From Microthyrium microscopicum (Eukaryota): 64,000 bases of DNA. Under the pieces are notes generated by a model. It was not told the DNA's origin and searched no databases. It saw nothing but the letters and a program-made list of their open reading frames with translations. Location: assembly GCA_010405405.1 (NCBI GenBank), contig MU004234.1:2701697-2765696 (forward strand), given 5' to 3'. Both the position numbers and the translations under genes were made by a program. This document shows, one piece after another, positions 1 to 12,164 of this stretch; within the stretch, counting starts at the first letter, position 1, and every line of letters starts with the position of its first letter.

Positions 1-3000
1 AGCCTTGCCGTCCATAATCTTCTGCCGCTTCTGAGGAGAACTATCCTGTGAAGCCGACTTTCGAGTCAATCGCTCCTTTGACGAACTATCATACGAACTT
101 TCCCGACTAGCCAACAGCTTGGCAGAGGGTGTTCGCAGACGAGGCTGCTGTGTATCCAATTGTTGTTCCTCAGAGTCCTGAATTAACGATAGCTCGATAG
201 ATGGCACTGAGGCTCCTGTCTCCGGTATGATGGTTTTGGGAACAACGGCTTCTGGGACTGCATTTGTAACAGGTGGTTCTGGTGTAATATCAGACATGCT
301 ATGTCGGTTTGATGGCTGGCGTTTTCGTGGACGGCCGGGACCGCGCTTCGTCTGAGTCGATTGGCTTGCTGATGTAGAAGACGTGAGGGATTGCTGCGAT
401 CTGTCTGTCCCAGTTGTAGCCGAGCCTTCGAAAGATGAGTTGATTTGTGTTTCTGGTGGACCATTTGGAAAGGCGTCATCGAGTGTAGTGATAGTTTTGA
501 GGAGGACTTGTGTAGGCAGAGAGTTGTGTAATTCCGGTATAGTTGTTTGTCGAGTGGCAACAGGTCCGTTGATTACTTCAACAACAACTGGCCGCTGTGG
601 AGAGGATTGGCTTGCTAATAATTCTGCCACAAGTTGCGAACTAGGCAAATCATCAGAAGACAGAGCGGATGGACTCTGGTTGCCATTGTTGCCCATCTCG
701 ATATCCAGAGGCTCTGCTTCAGCAAGACTTGGTACAACGGTAGCCTTGTCTTCAATCTCATTGACAGCAGAAGTCATCTCGACATCTTGGATATCCTCAG
801 GGACTGTGGGCTGCTGCTGAAGTGAACCGGATGCAATTGACTGAAACAAATCCGACTCGTCATCCAATTCCGAGCCTATCGACAGTGGCACTTCCTTCTC
901 CGCTGCTTTTTCTGGTGGACTCGAAGGTATTTGTAGACCTCGTGGACTCTTCGTTGTGCTGGAGCTGCGATGTTGTCGACGAGTCACACTGGCTGCAATC
1001 GGCGAACTTGGTACATCATCATCCACCCCATCATGCACCGGTCCAATTTCAGGTGTAGCTGGATGTAGCATTTCCCCGTCATCAGATTCCGAATCGCTAC
1101 TAACAACGACAACATCCGAGTTGATCACCAGCGGTGTCGAAGGTTGAATGTCTCTGAACATGGCCTCGGAATCCGCCTTTTGGCGCTCAGCAACTTCTTT
1201 TTGGTGCTCGGTCAGATTCTGAGTCTCATCGGCGCGCATAGGTGAGGAGGATGGAATCGGCTCAAATTGTATCTGCGAGTCTTCATGGCGAAATTTCCGG
1301 CGAGGAGTTAAATTTGGCTGCGGTGAGACCATCTTCTTTGTTGTTTGCTTGGGCATTGGCGATAGGCGATTGTGATTCCGAGCTGGCCCCAAGGGCCGAA
1401 CTGCGATGGGGCTTTGGGAGTGCTGCGAACCATAGTCGCTAAAAGTTATCAGCGTCCGTGGAGTCGTAGCGGTTTCCGTTTCCTCCGTGATAAAAGCAGC
1501 TGGCAAGTGAACATCACTAATGGTTCGCAAGCGTTTGGCAGCCTTGATCAACGACGACGGGAAGCTTATATTGAGGTTACGTGTTGATGAGAGTTCGACG
1601 ATATCGTTCCAGAGCAGAACAGACACGTTAGCAATTGACTCGCGTGGACTGTTCAGGCCGGCGAGTACAAGACGCTCCACACTCTCAAGCCAATCTGGTG
1701 AGGGGCTCGTAGCCTGAAAATCTGTACGGTATTTCTCCGTAATATCCTGCCAGAGCGATAGTATCGAGCCCAGAACGCGACTGCCGTCAGGTAGCTTACT
1801 AGCATCTTTGATATTGCGCTTTTCATCGAGGAGCAGACACGCAAATCCATCTTGAGCAAATCGTACTAGAGCGTGGAACGACCGAGCAGAACGCGCAATA
1901 TGGCGTCGAATCGCCTCAAGAAATTTCGAGTACGCGACAACCATGTCGCTGGAGAGGCCTATGTGTGCATAACCATAGAGTAATGCGGCATCAACCAGGC
2001 CCCATATATTAGTATGCGCAAGATCTGGGTTCTGTTGTCGTTCGGATATCGGCGATACACCTCCATACATGGTTCTACGGGCTCTCTCCACAGCACCTAG
2101 GCGCGGACGAGTGTCATTATCGACGATGAGTGTAGCATAAACAAGCAGTCGTTCGCACTTTTCTGGGCTATTTTGTGCAATCCAGTTGGTGATATGACGG
2201 GACTGCGGCTCTGTGACAGCAAGTAAAACTCCGGCGTCGCCGCTAATACCTCGTGCAGCTTTAACAGCATGGGCATAAAGAATGCGTGGAAGTCGTTTGG
2301 CTTCAATAAATGGAACTGTGTGGCTGAGTATGCGGACAAGTGCCAAGACATGGCCAGTAGAGAGTGGTTGAGAAACAAGCTGAACCGCACTCGCGGTGAC
2401 GGTCTCTTCGCAAAGCTCGATAAAGAGGTCTACCATTTCATCGAGAACGTCTTGTCTAATGGAGCTCTCGCTGCGTAGCGTTTCAAGAGACTCGGCAAGA
2501 TCTCCCAAGAAATCAAGCTTGTGCTGTCGAGTCGCAAGAGAATGGAAGCAACGCGTTACGGTCGTCCGCAACAGATCGGCATTTACAGATAGGCTCAGGC
2601 GGTCTGATGCCATAGATACTTGCAAGATGAAAAGATGAGCCATCGGCGACAGAACGGTTCCTTCAACTTGTGCTCTGCTCGATGGCGTTGGTGCAACCTC
2701 GAATCCTGAAGAATTTGTTCGTAATAGTAAACGCTCAGTGAAATGAGAGGGCCCAAGTTTCTCCATAGCACAATCAACCAACGCGGAGAAGGCCTTGTTT
2801 GCATGGAAATCACCTTTGTCGAAATCTCGAAATGCCTGGGCGATTTGATGGAGACTATTGACCACAGAAGCAATCGCATTTTTCAAGTCTAGCGATACAG
2901 TAATCTCTTTCAGACCAGCTTCTCGTACGGCGTCCATGACAGCAATCCATGTGGTCATGCCGAGACTGTCAACTTGATCGTGTTCGAAGGAGCCGTCCAT

Positions 3001-4824
3001 TCGTTCATCGTCGACAGGATCCCAGGCTGATCGATTGACGAGGAATGGGGTCAATAGATTGAGTATTTTACTCAATCTCGAGCGGATCCATCGTGGTTCT
3101 ATGGAAGGAAGTTCGTCCACGTCAAACAGTGGAGGCTCCTCGTTGGCTCTATTTTCATTCCAAACCTTCTTTAGCCGGAATAAAGATTGAAGAATTGAGC
3201 ACCCATAGAAAAAATTGTCGGGTGACTTGGGACCGAATTCCGACAGCACTGATGCCACATAATCATCCCAATAATGGTCCAGTTGCTCGAATCGAGGAGT
3301 TGGGCGTAAGCTGTAGTAAAGAAGGCAAAAATAAGTTGACATGACCGTTCGACCAACACCCTTGACAAAATCTCGTTCTTTCATCAGATTGGCCACAACT
3401 GGTGCTTTCAACATGCCTTGAACAGCAGGCATGGTCTTTGACTCGGGCATGACAGCGAAAATGAGTCTGTTCCAAGCCATATTGGTTTCCATCTTGATCG
3501 TGCGATCAGGAGAATTGACACAGTCAGTAGCCAAATGTATCCATGGTTTGAACCACGCCCAATGCTTTTCCCCTTTGTCAAATCTTCCACGCAGAAAGAG
3601 CACAGTTACAGCCCAGACTCGGGGCGCAGTGGGATCTTTGTGCTTGAGAAAGGCCTGTAGTCGCTCTATGGCATGATACGAAAAGGTTTTGCCTTCAAAT
3701 TCCTTATCCAAAAGCTCAAACACCAACCGCGAAGTGTCCGCATTACCACCGAAGCGAATGGAGGTCAATATACCAAGTTCGATAGCCTGGTCCCGAAGCT
3801 CTTTTTTGTTACAAATCATGGTAGTAAAGAGATTGACGATCCAGTCTCCCACTCGGTGACGCATGATATGCGGACATTGATCCATCAGTCGTCGATAGAT
3901 AAGGAGTCGATATGCTCGGACTCCATTCCCCGATATTTTGTCATGTATAACGATCATGGCTGTTATAAGCTTGTTTGCGCGGTCAGGGGTTATTATTCTG
4001 GGTCCGAATTTTTGTTGGTATAGGAAAAATAAGTGGTGCGTCAAAAGCATCTTGGCTGCGGTGGCAGTGAAGAGGGTGGCAATAGACATGTCGACTATCG
4101 GAATTATCTCTTCGTTTTCAAACTCTGCTGAGACTTCAGGGATCCTGACGAGACTGACGAGGAATTTTATGGCAGCTACTGGGAGTTTCAATTCTTGAGG
4201 AGTTGGATTCGGTCGAGGTTCCATATCTCGACGGATAAACCGTAAGAAAGTCGTCGAGTGTTCAATCAAGATGTCGGAATTGGGACATGAATCCAGATTT
4301 TGCAATGTTGAAAAGCAAGTGTTGTAAGCTTCGGACCGCGCCGCAACATCATCCCCAGATAGCTTGACAATTGCGGACTGCAACATCGAGCTCAGCGAGT
4401 CGTATGGTATGCTAGCCATTGAATTCATGACTGCTTGCCTGAACGGCTTGAGAATCGACTTGGATACCTTCCGATCTTTTGAGGGTGCGAGTGGCTTGAC
4501 TGGAATCGAAATTGCAGTTGGTGGATGGATGGGAGGATTATGAAAATCCCATTGTACAAATGGGGTGAAGTTGACCTTTTTGTGCCCACTTTCACTACGA
4601 CTTCCACGATTCGCCAACTCAGCAGATGAGGATGGTGTTTGACTAGGTGTGTCTAGAGTTGCATTCGCAGTGTCTTCTCCAACTGGTGTTCCAAATTCTG
4701 ACCCCAAAAACTCAAGTGCTTCATCAATGGCGTTATCAATTTCGGGAGGTAGCGCTACTTCGGGCTCTTTTGGCGGAGTCGGCGGTCGTGTGGAGAGGTT
4801 CTGGAGTAGACTCATTCCAAACAT
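1..4824 (-). CDS. RIF1: Rif1 telomere/replication-timing regulator (3' end outside window)
   Basis: ATG at 4824 gives MFGMSLLQNLSTRPPTPPKE...GHKKVNFTP...KVSKSILKP. RPPTPP, the RVxF-type KVNF and the SILK PP1-docking motifs are typical of fungal Rif1 N-termini, followed by a long helical region and a low-complexity S/T/E region. The frame appears to run off position 1, which would explain its absence from the ORF track. Confidence 0.9.
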   Translation of the reverse strand, partial: MFGMSLLQNLSTRPPTPPKEPEVALPPEIDNAIDEALEFLGSEFGTPVGEDTANATLDTPSQTPSSSAELANRGSRSESGHKKVNFTPFVQWDFHNPPIHPPTAISIPVKPLAPSKDRKVSKSILKPFRQAVMNSMASIPYDSLSSMLQSAIVKLSGDDVAARSEAYNTCFSTLQNLDSCPNSDILIEHSTTFLRFIRRDMEPRPNPTPQELKLPVAAIKFLVSLVRIPEVSAEFENEEIIPIVDMSIATLFTATAAKMLLTHHLFFLYQQKFGPRIITPDRANKLITAMIVIHDKISGNGVRAYRLLIYRRLMDQCPHIMRHRVGDWIVNLFTTMICNKKELRDQAIELGILTSIRFGGNADTSRLVFELLDKEFEGKTFSYHAIERLQAFLKHKDPTAPRVWAVTVLFLRGRFDKGEKHWAWFKPWIHLATDCVNSPDRTIKMETNMAWNRLIFAVMPESKTMPAVQGMLKAPVVANLMKERDFVKGVGRTVMSTYFCLLYYSLRPTPRFEQLDHYWDDYVASVLSEFGPKSPDNFFYGCSILQSLFRLKKVWNENRANEEPPLFDVDELPSIEPRWIRSRLSKILNLLTPFLVNRSAWDPVDDERMDGSFEHDQVDSLGMTTWIAVMDAVREAGLKEITVSLDLKNAIASVVNSLHQIAQAFRDFDKGDFHANKAFSALVDCAMEKLGPSHFTERLLLRTNSSGFEVAPTPSSRAQVEGTVLSPMAHLFILQVSMASDRLSLSVNADLLRTTVTRCFHSLATRQHKLDFLGDLAESLETLRSESSIRQDVLDEMVDLFIELCEETVTASAVQLVSQPLSTGHVLALVRILSHTVPFIEAKRLPRILYAHAVKAARGISGDAGVLLAVTEPQSRHITNWIAQNSPEKCERLLVYATLIVDNDTRPRLGAVERARRTMYGGVSPISERQQNPDLAHTNIWGLVDAALLYGYAHIGLSSDMVVAYSKFLEAIRRHIARSARSFHALVRFAQDGFACLLLDEKRNIKDASKLPDGSRVLGSILSLWQDITEKYRTDFQATSPSPDWLESVERLVLAGLNSPRESIANVSVLLWNDIVELSSTRNLNISFPSSLIKAAKRLRTISDVHLPAAFITEETETATTPRTLITFSDYGSQHSQSPIAVRPLGPARNHNRLSPMPKQTTKKMVSPQPNLTPRRKFRHEDSQIQFEPIPSSSPMRADETQNLTEHQKEVAERQKADSEAMFRDIQPSTPLVINSDVVVVSSDSESDDGEMLHPATPEIGPVHDGVDDDVPSSPIAASVTRRQHRSSSTTKSPRGLQIPSSPPEKAAEKEVPLSIGSELDDESDLFQSIASGSLQQQPTVPEDIQDVEMTSAVNEIEDKATVVPSLAEAEPLDIEMGNNGNQSPSALSSDDLPSSQLVAELLASQSSPQRPVVVEVINGPVATRQTTIPELHNSLPTQVLLKTITTLDDAFPNGPPETQINSSFEGSATTGTDRSQQSLTSSTSASQSTQTKRGPGRPRKRQPSNRHSMSDITPEPPVTNAVPEAVVPKTIIPETGASVPSIELSLIQDSEEQQLDTQQPRLRTPSAKLLASRESSYDSSSKERLTRKSASQDSSPQKRQKIMDGKA

Positions 4825-5084
4825 ATCTGAGGAAGCAATTGATCGTGCTACAGACCTGATCCAGCGATAAGAAGCGCGTTATGAGAAGGCTGGAAAGGAG
4901 GAGAGCAGGGGCGGTGAAAGGAGGGTCAGGAAGCGGGGAGTCCAGATCATGCCAGCTGAACGGAGCAGGATCAGAGAAGAGGTCGAGATTCCAGATTTGA
5001 GGAGGAGGTCACAATCTAAGAAGTGAAGTCAGGACCACCTTCTGCATGAGAAAAGATATTGATTGGCAAAGAGATGTGGTACGA

Positions 5085-5192
5085 CAGCGCCGCGCAGGTT
5101 CAAGGTTAAGGTTAATAGGTATCGCGAGGTAAAAGGCGCGTTGGACACACGTCGCGAACACGCTTTAGCCTTTAGCCGCTCAGACGCGCTTT
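5085..5192. promoter_or_regulatory. cluster of CGCG (MCB/SCB-like) elements upstream of RIF1
   Basis: Five CGCG-core words within ~110 bp (gccgcgca, atcgcgag, ggcgcgtt, gtcgcgaa, gacgcgct), 260-370 bp upstream of the RIF1 ATG. G1/S MBF-type regulation is plausible for this gene. Confidence 0.45.
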
Positions 5193-5879
5193 CACGTGCA
5201 CCCCATTCCCAGCCTTGTCTCAGCCTTGTCTACAGCCTTATCCAACTACAAGTCACTCTGATCATAACTCAAGAAATGTAATGTAAAATCGACTGCAACT
5301 CTCATCATTGTTACTATATTACCTTGATGTGAGTTATTTCTCCGTATGACCTTCTTGACTCGAGTCTTCTTTGTCCTCGACCTCAAGCTCTTTATTCGCC
5401 CTACAGCTCTGTGCATTCGAGATATCTGACTGGTCACAAATTGTTTCCGACTTTCATCTGTTCAATGATTGCAAGTGCGAACTATTTAGTTGCATGACCA
5501 TGAATGACTTCAAATCTTTTTTACTCAATACGTTTGCTTTTCTAGCAAGGTTCGTACCCACGCCCGATCTGGTTAGCGTCTTGGCACTCGATCTCTCTTA
5601 ACTTCAACTCAATTTCCCCGGCGCTGTCCCATGATCTAACCATCTATCTTCTGTTCTTGCTTCTTTTCTAGCACATGGAATTGGATTTCACTACTCGGCA
5701 GGATCATAGATGCTGACTCTAATTTGCTAGTCAATGTCGCGTTGGCACTACGGAGTATTTGAAGATGCACTGGGTATTTTCAAGGCAAGTGGAAGATTAC
5801 AGATCATCTATACATCTAACATATGGAGAAGAATCTAATTTATCATAGCCTTCAGGATACTTCAACGTCATAACTGTGC

Positions 5880-8362
5880 TCATTTTCCCTTTGTCTGCGC
5901 AATAATTCTTGCTGTTGCCTCCTCGGCAGCAATCATGATGATGGCCTGAGTATTACCAGTTGGCAAGTCAGGATGGAACGAAGCATCGGTGACATAGAGA
6001 TTGTCAGTGCCATAGACCTTGGTTTTCAAGTCAACTACCGCCGTGCCGCCCTTGGTGCCATCATCTGGGCCCATCTTAGCTCCACCGATGAAATGAACAC
6101 CTTGCTGGACCGGTGTTTTGAGGACCGTTTGTGCAGTGGAATCTTTGCCGGCGGAGTAGGAGAGACGGCTACCTTCCTTGCGGGTCATGTTGAAGAGGTC
6201 ATCAAGGGCTAAAGTCATAGCCTCCTTGTCGTGGTCGGTCTGGAGCCAAGGTTGCGTCTTGAAAAACGTGTTGCCAAAGGCGTTGATAGAGAGCTGGCCC
6301 TTGGAAGTCTGCCCGTGGGTCATGAGGAAAGTAAACTCAATTTGATTGCCTGCGTCGAGGAGAGGGACGGCGCAATGTGCTTGGTAGAAGACGCTCTGGC
6401 CAGCCTTCGTTACCACACGTTTGAAGATATCCATGCGCATGAAAGATTGAGTTAGCGCACCAATGCCTTGCTGATACTGAGTTTTCACTTCTGCTGCAGG
6501 GAACGCCATGTTGAAGTTGCTGTAAGCCTTGACACCCTTGGCCACATTGAATGTGAGCATATATCGAGAGTGGTCCATGACTTCCATGCCGACTGGAGAC
6601 TTGATCCAGTCCTTCTCATCTGGAAGCTGAACTGGAATTCTGCCTGTCTTGACTGCGTTGATTTGCTCAGGTAGTCCGATTCCTGAACGCCACAGAATAC
6701 GGGGAGTGGACATAACGCCAGCGGAGAGAACAACGCTTCCGCCTGCCTTTAGGTTGTGAAGCTCTCGAGTGCCCTTGGCATTCTCAATTTCCACTCCGGT
6801 CATTTTCGAGCCATTACGAGTAACGCGGATTACCTTGCTCTGTAGCAGCAGCTTGAAGTTGTCCTTTTTCTGTACTAATGGCAAGTATGTCACCAAAGGA
6901 CCTCCGCGCATGCCGTTGTGGATCTATGTAGAAGGTTAGTTTAGTGCTAATATGGTCCGACTGAGGTTTCTTACGTTGAGCGCAGGGCGACCATAAGTAT
7001 GATTTTTATCGTCTGGGGTTTTCATACTATCGGCTTCATTCCAGCCATTGCTCTTGAAGAACTGCTCCAGAACGTCATAGATGTCGGCATCATACCACTT
7101 TCCATCTTTCGAGGGTGCAGTAGTACCGGGATTTCTCTCGTAAAGACGTGCAGCGGGCTTCGCCATGTCTTTCGATTTCCAACCTGTTGGCCAACGTGTA
7201 TCGAAATCCCAAGACGGCGGACGAATGAAAGCCATGCCATTCATTGTTCCACCACCACCAAGGATGCAACCTGAAAGACCAGCAGTATCGGTGCAGAAGC
7301 CCTCTCCTAGTGTGGCAAAAGGCATGGGAATAAAAGTTCCTGGGACATCATAGTATGTTAGGGTCTTATTCCAAGACACCCAATTCTTTCCGCCCGTTGC
7401 GGCGGTGGAGGGACCACCTCGCTCGACAAGAAGAACGGACTTTCCGGTTTCGGCCAGTCGTGTGGCTGTAATGAGGCCAGCAGGGCCGGTACCGACGACA
7501 ATGTAGTCCCATGTGGAGTTGGAGACAGCTGCTGGTGTAGTCGGGGCTTTGGGAGGTGGAGTAGCTCCCGCTGGCTTGTCAGCGGCTCCTGCAGTTGCGG
7601 CCCACGTGGCGAACTTTGACGATCGTGCCTTTGTGAGGTCGATTGGGAACAAGCCATAGCCTGATGCGTGGAAAGGTATGGCGGACTCTGGGTCAGAGGG
7701 CTTGGTGACGGCAGTCGATGTGAGACCGTAGCCTAGGTTAGGAGTGGTGTCGTCAGCCTTGAATGTCGATGTATCCGTCTGGATACATCCTTTGCACAAG
7801 AATGTGTAAGTCCACGTTGTACCATCAGCGGATGTTCCAGCTGCTATCGGTCTCAGCGACATGGTAGTATTTGCGCTTGGTGTTGGCATTTGATATCCTA
7901 CGGAATCCCGCAGCGAAGCAACAACATTTTTGCCATTAGGCCATGCGATAACCATCAGACTTTTAGCCATCGGTCCTCCAAGCGAAACACCCGACCCTAA
8001 AGAGCTTGTCAGCCTCAATTCTCATTAACGTTTGGGGTGTTGGCCATGAACATCAAATGCATTGAAGAACTAGTGTCCCATCCTACTGGAACAGCAACAT
8101 CACACATAAAAGATAACGATTCGGAATTATAGGATTTCCACTTACATCCTTTGGCACCTGTACCAACGAGTCGACCGATAAAGTCGCCTGTTGGTTTTTC
8201 AGGAAGAGCAATGCCAAATGTGAAGCCCCCTTTGGCAACCTGTTGGAACTGAATTCCCGACTTAGCATCAGTGAAAGCGGTTGATTGAGCCTGCGTGGTT
8301 CTAACAAGGCCAAGGCCGAGCGAGACCGCCGTCAGAATGGTATTCCAAGCCATGATTGGCAT
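5880..8362 (-). CDS. cdh: secreted cellobiose dehydrogenase (AA8 cytochrome + AA3_1 GMC flavin domain)
   Basis: Signal peptide; cytochrome domain with Met (GGPM) and His (IPFHASG) heme ligands; P/T/A linker; Rossmann motif DYIVVGTGPAG; GCILGGG; catalytic His (GVHFIGG) and PTGN. GT-AG introns at 7997-8145 and 6924-6974 join ORFs 8015-8362, 6936-8018 and 5880-6911 into ~760 aa. Confidence 0.93.
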
Positions 8363-9196
8363 CGCACAAAGACTGAAAGGTCGCGAAAGAGATTCTTCCT
8401 AGTCGCACCCAGAGAGCCGTACGTTGAGAAATCCAAGCCAATGGACTACAAGGAATGGTTGACTTCGATGAAAATCCCCCATCTCGACCAGAAGATAAGT
8501 ATCCAAGAAATATATAGATTGCACTGGCCTCAATATGGGTATGTCAGATTAAGCTTTTTCCTTTAATTGAAGAACAATTGGTTAATTGGAGCCAGTGTAG
8601 GACTTTGATTGACATAAAGAACCGTATTTGAGCAATCATTACCTATCTCGCTTTCGTACTTTTCAGAAGGTCTAAGCTCTACCAGAACTTGGCTTATGAT
8701 TAAGATCTCTTAATCAAGGCTTACGCCTAATTTGATGTTATGAAACCAGGTAGGTGAACAGAGCTTGGAGCAGGTGAGCTTTGAAAGCCAATCAGAATCA
8801 CGACGTACCTAATATATATTATAGACATCCGAACTGATCGGTTCAACGAAGCATCGTTCACAACCCTAGCCGAATAGATGGCCTGCAGGCCTTCATAATT
8901 CCCCAAGATCGGTCAGCCGAAGTGTACGACCGTATTTATAGTACGATCAAAAACCTGCTCATTACTGGTCCCCAATATGTGTGGGGCTATCATGTTGCGA
9001 TGCATAATACCGACAGGATGAAACTATTTTTGTTCCCTGGATCGAGTTTGCCGTCAGTATATTTATTATACCTATGTGCGCCTGCATGTGATGCTTCCTT
9101 CGCCTCTTTACCTTAAGAAAGTTCTGTAAGTCTGAGGGTTCCTTCGCATTCCAAATCACAACTCTCCTTCTGTCTCACGCCATTCCTTCAAGCAAC

Positions 9197-10033
9197 ATGA
9201 AGCTTCTGAGCCTTGCCCTCCTTGCTACGGCAGGCTATGTTTCTGCTCAAGACGCTGAGGCAGCAAAAGCCTTCACTGATCCAGCCACGGGAATTTCCTT
9301 CCAGGCAATTACCAGTGCAAAAGGCACAAAATTTGGTATTGCATTACCGAAAACTGGGAGCAAAGATTTGATCGGCTTTTTGGTACGTGGTTCTATCATT
9401 AGGGTGGTTCGCAAGCGATATGACTTGTGCAATAAACGAAGTGGCAATGATATATCGAATTTATGCTAACCAGTTTCTAGTCTGCTCCAAAGGGCATGTC
9501 CTACACAGGCGGAGTTCTGGGTACTAAGATGAATGGCACTGTAAGCTAGCATCTCCTGTTCACCACGGCCTTGGACTATGTCCATGTTTGTTGCACTGGC
9601 TAATTGTCTCCGCTGTTAGGTCCTTCTCGTCGCCTGGCCTAATGGCAATAGCATGATGGGCTCTATCCGCAAGGTGCCGGACGGTCCCAAAGGGCATGCC
9701 TCACCAGTAGAGTTGAAAACTGACATATCAATGGCTGTAATCCCTAAAGGATCATTCGTTGCGCCGTCCGGTGACTGGCAGTACACATTCGTCTGCACCG
9801 GCTGTCTTGGTCGCAAGGACGTTTATCCTGCCACAGCTGCCAAGGAGACTCTAGCATGGGCAGTTAGCACGACACCATTGACAGAGCCAGCGAAGCAAGA
9901 TGGCCCACTAAACCATCATCATGCAGGAAGTGGAAGATTCACAGTGGACATGGTCAGTGCACGACATGAGAAATACGATCAATGGGCAAAGACAGCAAAG
10001 ACAGCTACCAAGGCTACATACCTACTCAGATAG
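9197..10033 (+). CDS. secreted stand-alone CDH-type cytochrome b domain (AA8 / iron reductase domain)
   Basis: Signal peptide MKLLSLALLATAGYVSAQ, then FTDPATGISF...FGIALP...DLIG. Introns 9383-9480 and 9541-9620 give ...GVLGTKMNGTVLLVAWPNG...YTFVCTGC...LNHHHAG. Aligns by eye with the neighbouring CDH cytochrome domain; there is no flavin domain. Confidence 0.88.
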
Positions 10034-12164
10034 AAATCTAGACTTAATTAAGCGGTTCTCCACATTATCTAGCATTACTACCACGTGGTCCGACTTTCTA
10101 ATTGCTTTAAGCGAACAGAATGGGAGATCTAGAATGATGATCCCTGCGAACGATTGTGGCGTGCAAAATTACCAGGTCCCTGAATACTATATCCTACCGC
10201 TGAGAAATAGGAGTTTATGGTTTGACCATGATCATTACGTACTTAATCTGGGGAAAGACAAGGATCAAGCTACAACTTCAAGGGACTTAATAATAAAGGC
10301 TGAGAATGGCAAGATTGGAAAATGATGAGGCTGAATCACCATCAGGCTGAAGATAATGCGTCGCCTTGGCAGCCTCATGTATAGTTATGATACGTTACCA
10401 AAAAAGATTAAAGAGTTATAAACGATGTAGGATTGGTCTACTTGAATGCCGCGACTAGCATAATTAAGCCACATTCCAGATAAGAAATTCGACGTCTTTC
10501 AACTTATACCTACCTTAACTGGCCTACCCTCATCAACTGCGATGGCTCCTATACAACACGCTCTGCTTTAAGTGCTTGATCTAACACATTGACCTTAGAA
10601 TCGCACATTTTATCAAATGTAATGGAAAGTATGACACCTTACAACCGGTAGCGTTCATGGGAGCCAGCGAAGCTGATAGGAGCACGGCATTTATTTTGTC
10701 GATCAGTTGAGCTGAGTTCTTAAAACTTTAAGGGCCCGTTCCCAACGAATATCGTATGTTCCACATCTCGTATCCTTCTAGTGGTGAGTGCGACTCCGGC
10801 AATGAAGACCTCGGCCTCCCTGACAACAGCTACATTGCTCACCATGAAAAAGTACAACTCTGCATGCTCTGTTCAAGCATCTTTGAGGACCCCAGCCAAA
10901 ACTTGATCCATCATTATTCAGCGAGGGAGGATCTATTGAGATCGTCTTCACATGCTCCTTGTGTCAAATATCGTCAATCTCACCCCAGTCAAGGTTTCTG
11001 ACGCCGCTCGTCACAATCCTTAGGCTCAAGTAGGAATCAAAGATGTTTCTCCTCTGAAAAGCATGACCTGCGCAAGATTATTGGTCCTGAGCTGCTCTTA
11101 TAGAACACAAATCTTGGGTGTCCTCATTTCTTGTTCTATATGCATGGAGCGAATTCTCCTTTTGACTATGACTCAAGACGACAACAACCACGACAAAAAG
11201 CTGGATTTATAAAGCACTGTCACCAATTATTTGACTGATTGCTACTGCGAAGCGCATGGGTGCAGTCATGAGCAAGAGCCAGGTGATTTTCGCGGGAAGA
11301 TGTGTCATATTTGAAGAAGGTATGATCACAGGAAGGTATTTGGTTGCTTTGATGGCGTTGCAAAGCAGGCCCTATATATAAGTAGATACCTGTCATAGCG
11401 GGCGATGGAAGTAGAAAAAGCAACAGCCTGATACATTTAAGAAAACCTGGTATATCGAGAAGATAGAAGCGGTCTGTAGCCTTCGATGTTGTCAACACAT
11501 GAGACGGAGGTAATCTCTAGTCGATATATCTCCTCCTCGGTCTAATCGACTGTACTTGTGGCTGGTATTTCCTAAAAGTGTACTGCGCCATCATTTTCTC
11601 TATTTCCCTCCCCCACAAATACGGTAGTCTGGAAGATTTAGCCTCATGGATTATACCGCATACACTCTCACGAACTTCATTCTATGGAGGTAATACTTAG
11701 AGAGCTCATTGTTCTTCGCAATGAGAGACTGTGAATAAATGGGAGAGTCCGCGAACAATACTCGACAGAAATGCTCGAATCTGCGATACACTCCTCTGTT
11801 TCCCATCAAAACTTAGAGATCTGCATTCTTTTATTAAGTCATTCCCATTTGATGAGCTCAAAAATGCTATACTCCTTCTGGTTTGGCGTTCCAAAATGTC
11901 TACCTTTGGTGAATTGAACTTCTGCGCACAACGTCGCATTATCATTCACGACGCCAAGAGCCTAACATCATTCACCGAACCCATTTCGCTGACTTGGCGA
12001 TGGATATCTATGAGGTATCAACTGCAGACTCCTTATCTTCGCTTTTCGTGACATTCTATTCATCCTTCTCTGTCATCAGCTCTATCCCATCCTTTATCTC
12101 CACCTTCTTATACGATTCAATTCCCGCATCAACTTCGCCAGCGATAACCTACAATTTCTCCATA

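Noticed and set aside
183..4870. Many short ORFs on both strands
   Set aside because: They are shadows of the long minus-strand RIF1 frame.
5209..5240. CAGCCTTGTCT x ~3 micro-repeat
   Set aside because: Too short to assign a function.
10300..12100. Short ORFs between the AA8 and RBR genes
   Set aside because: No recognisable protein features; treated as intergenic.
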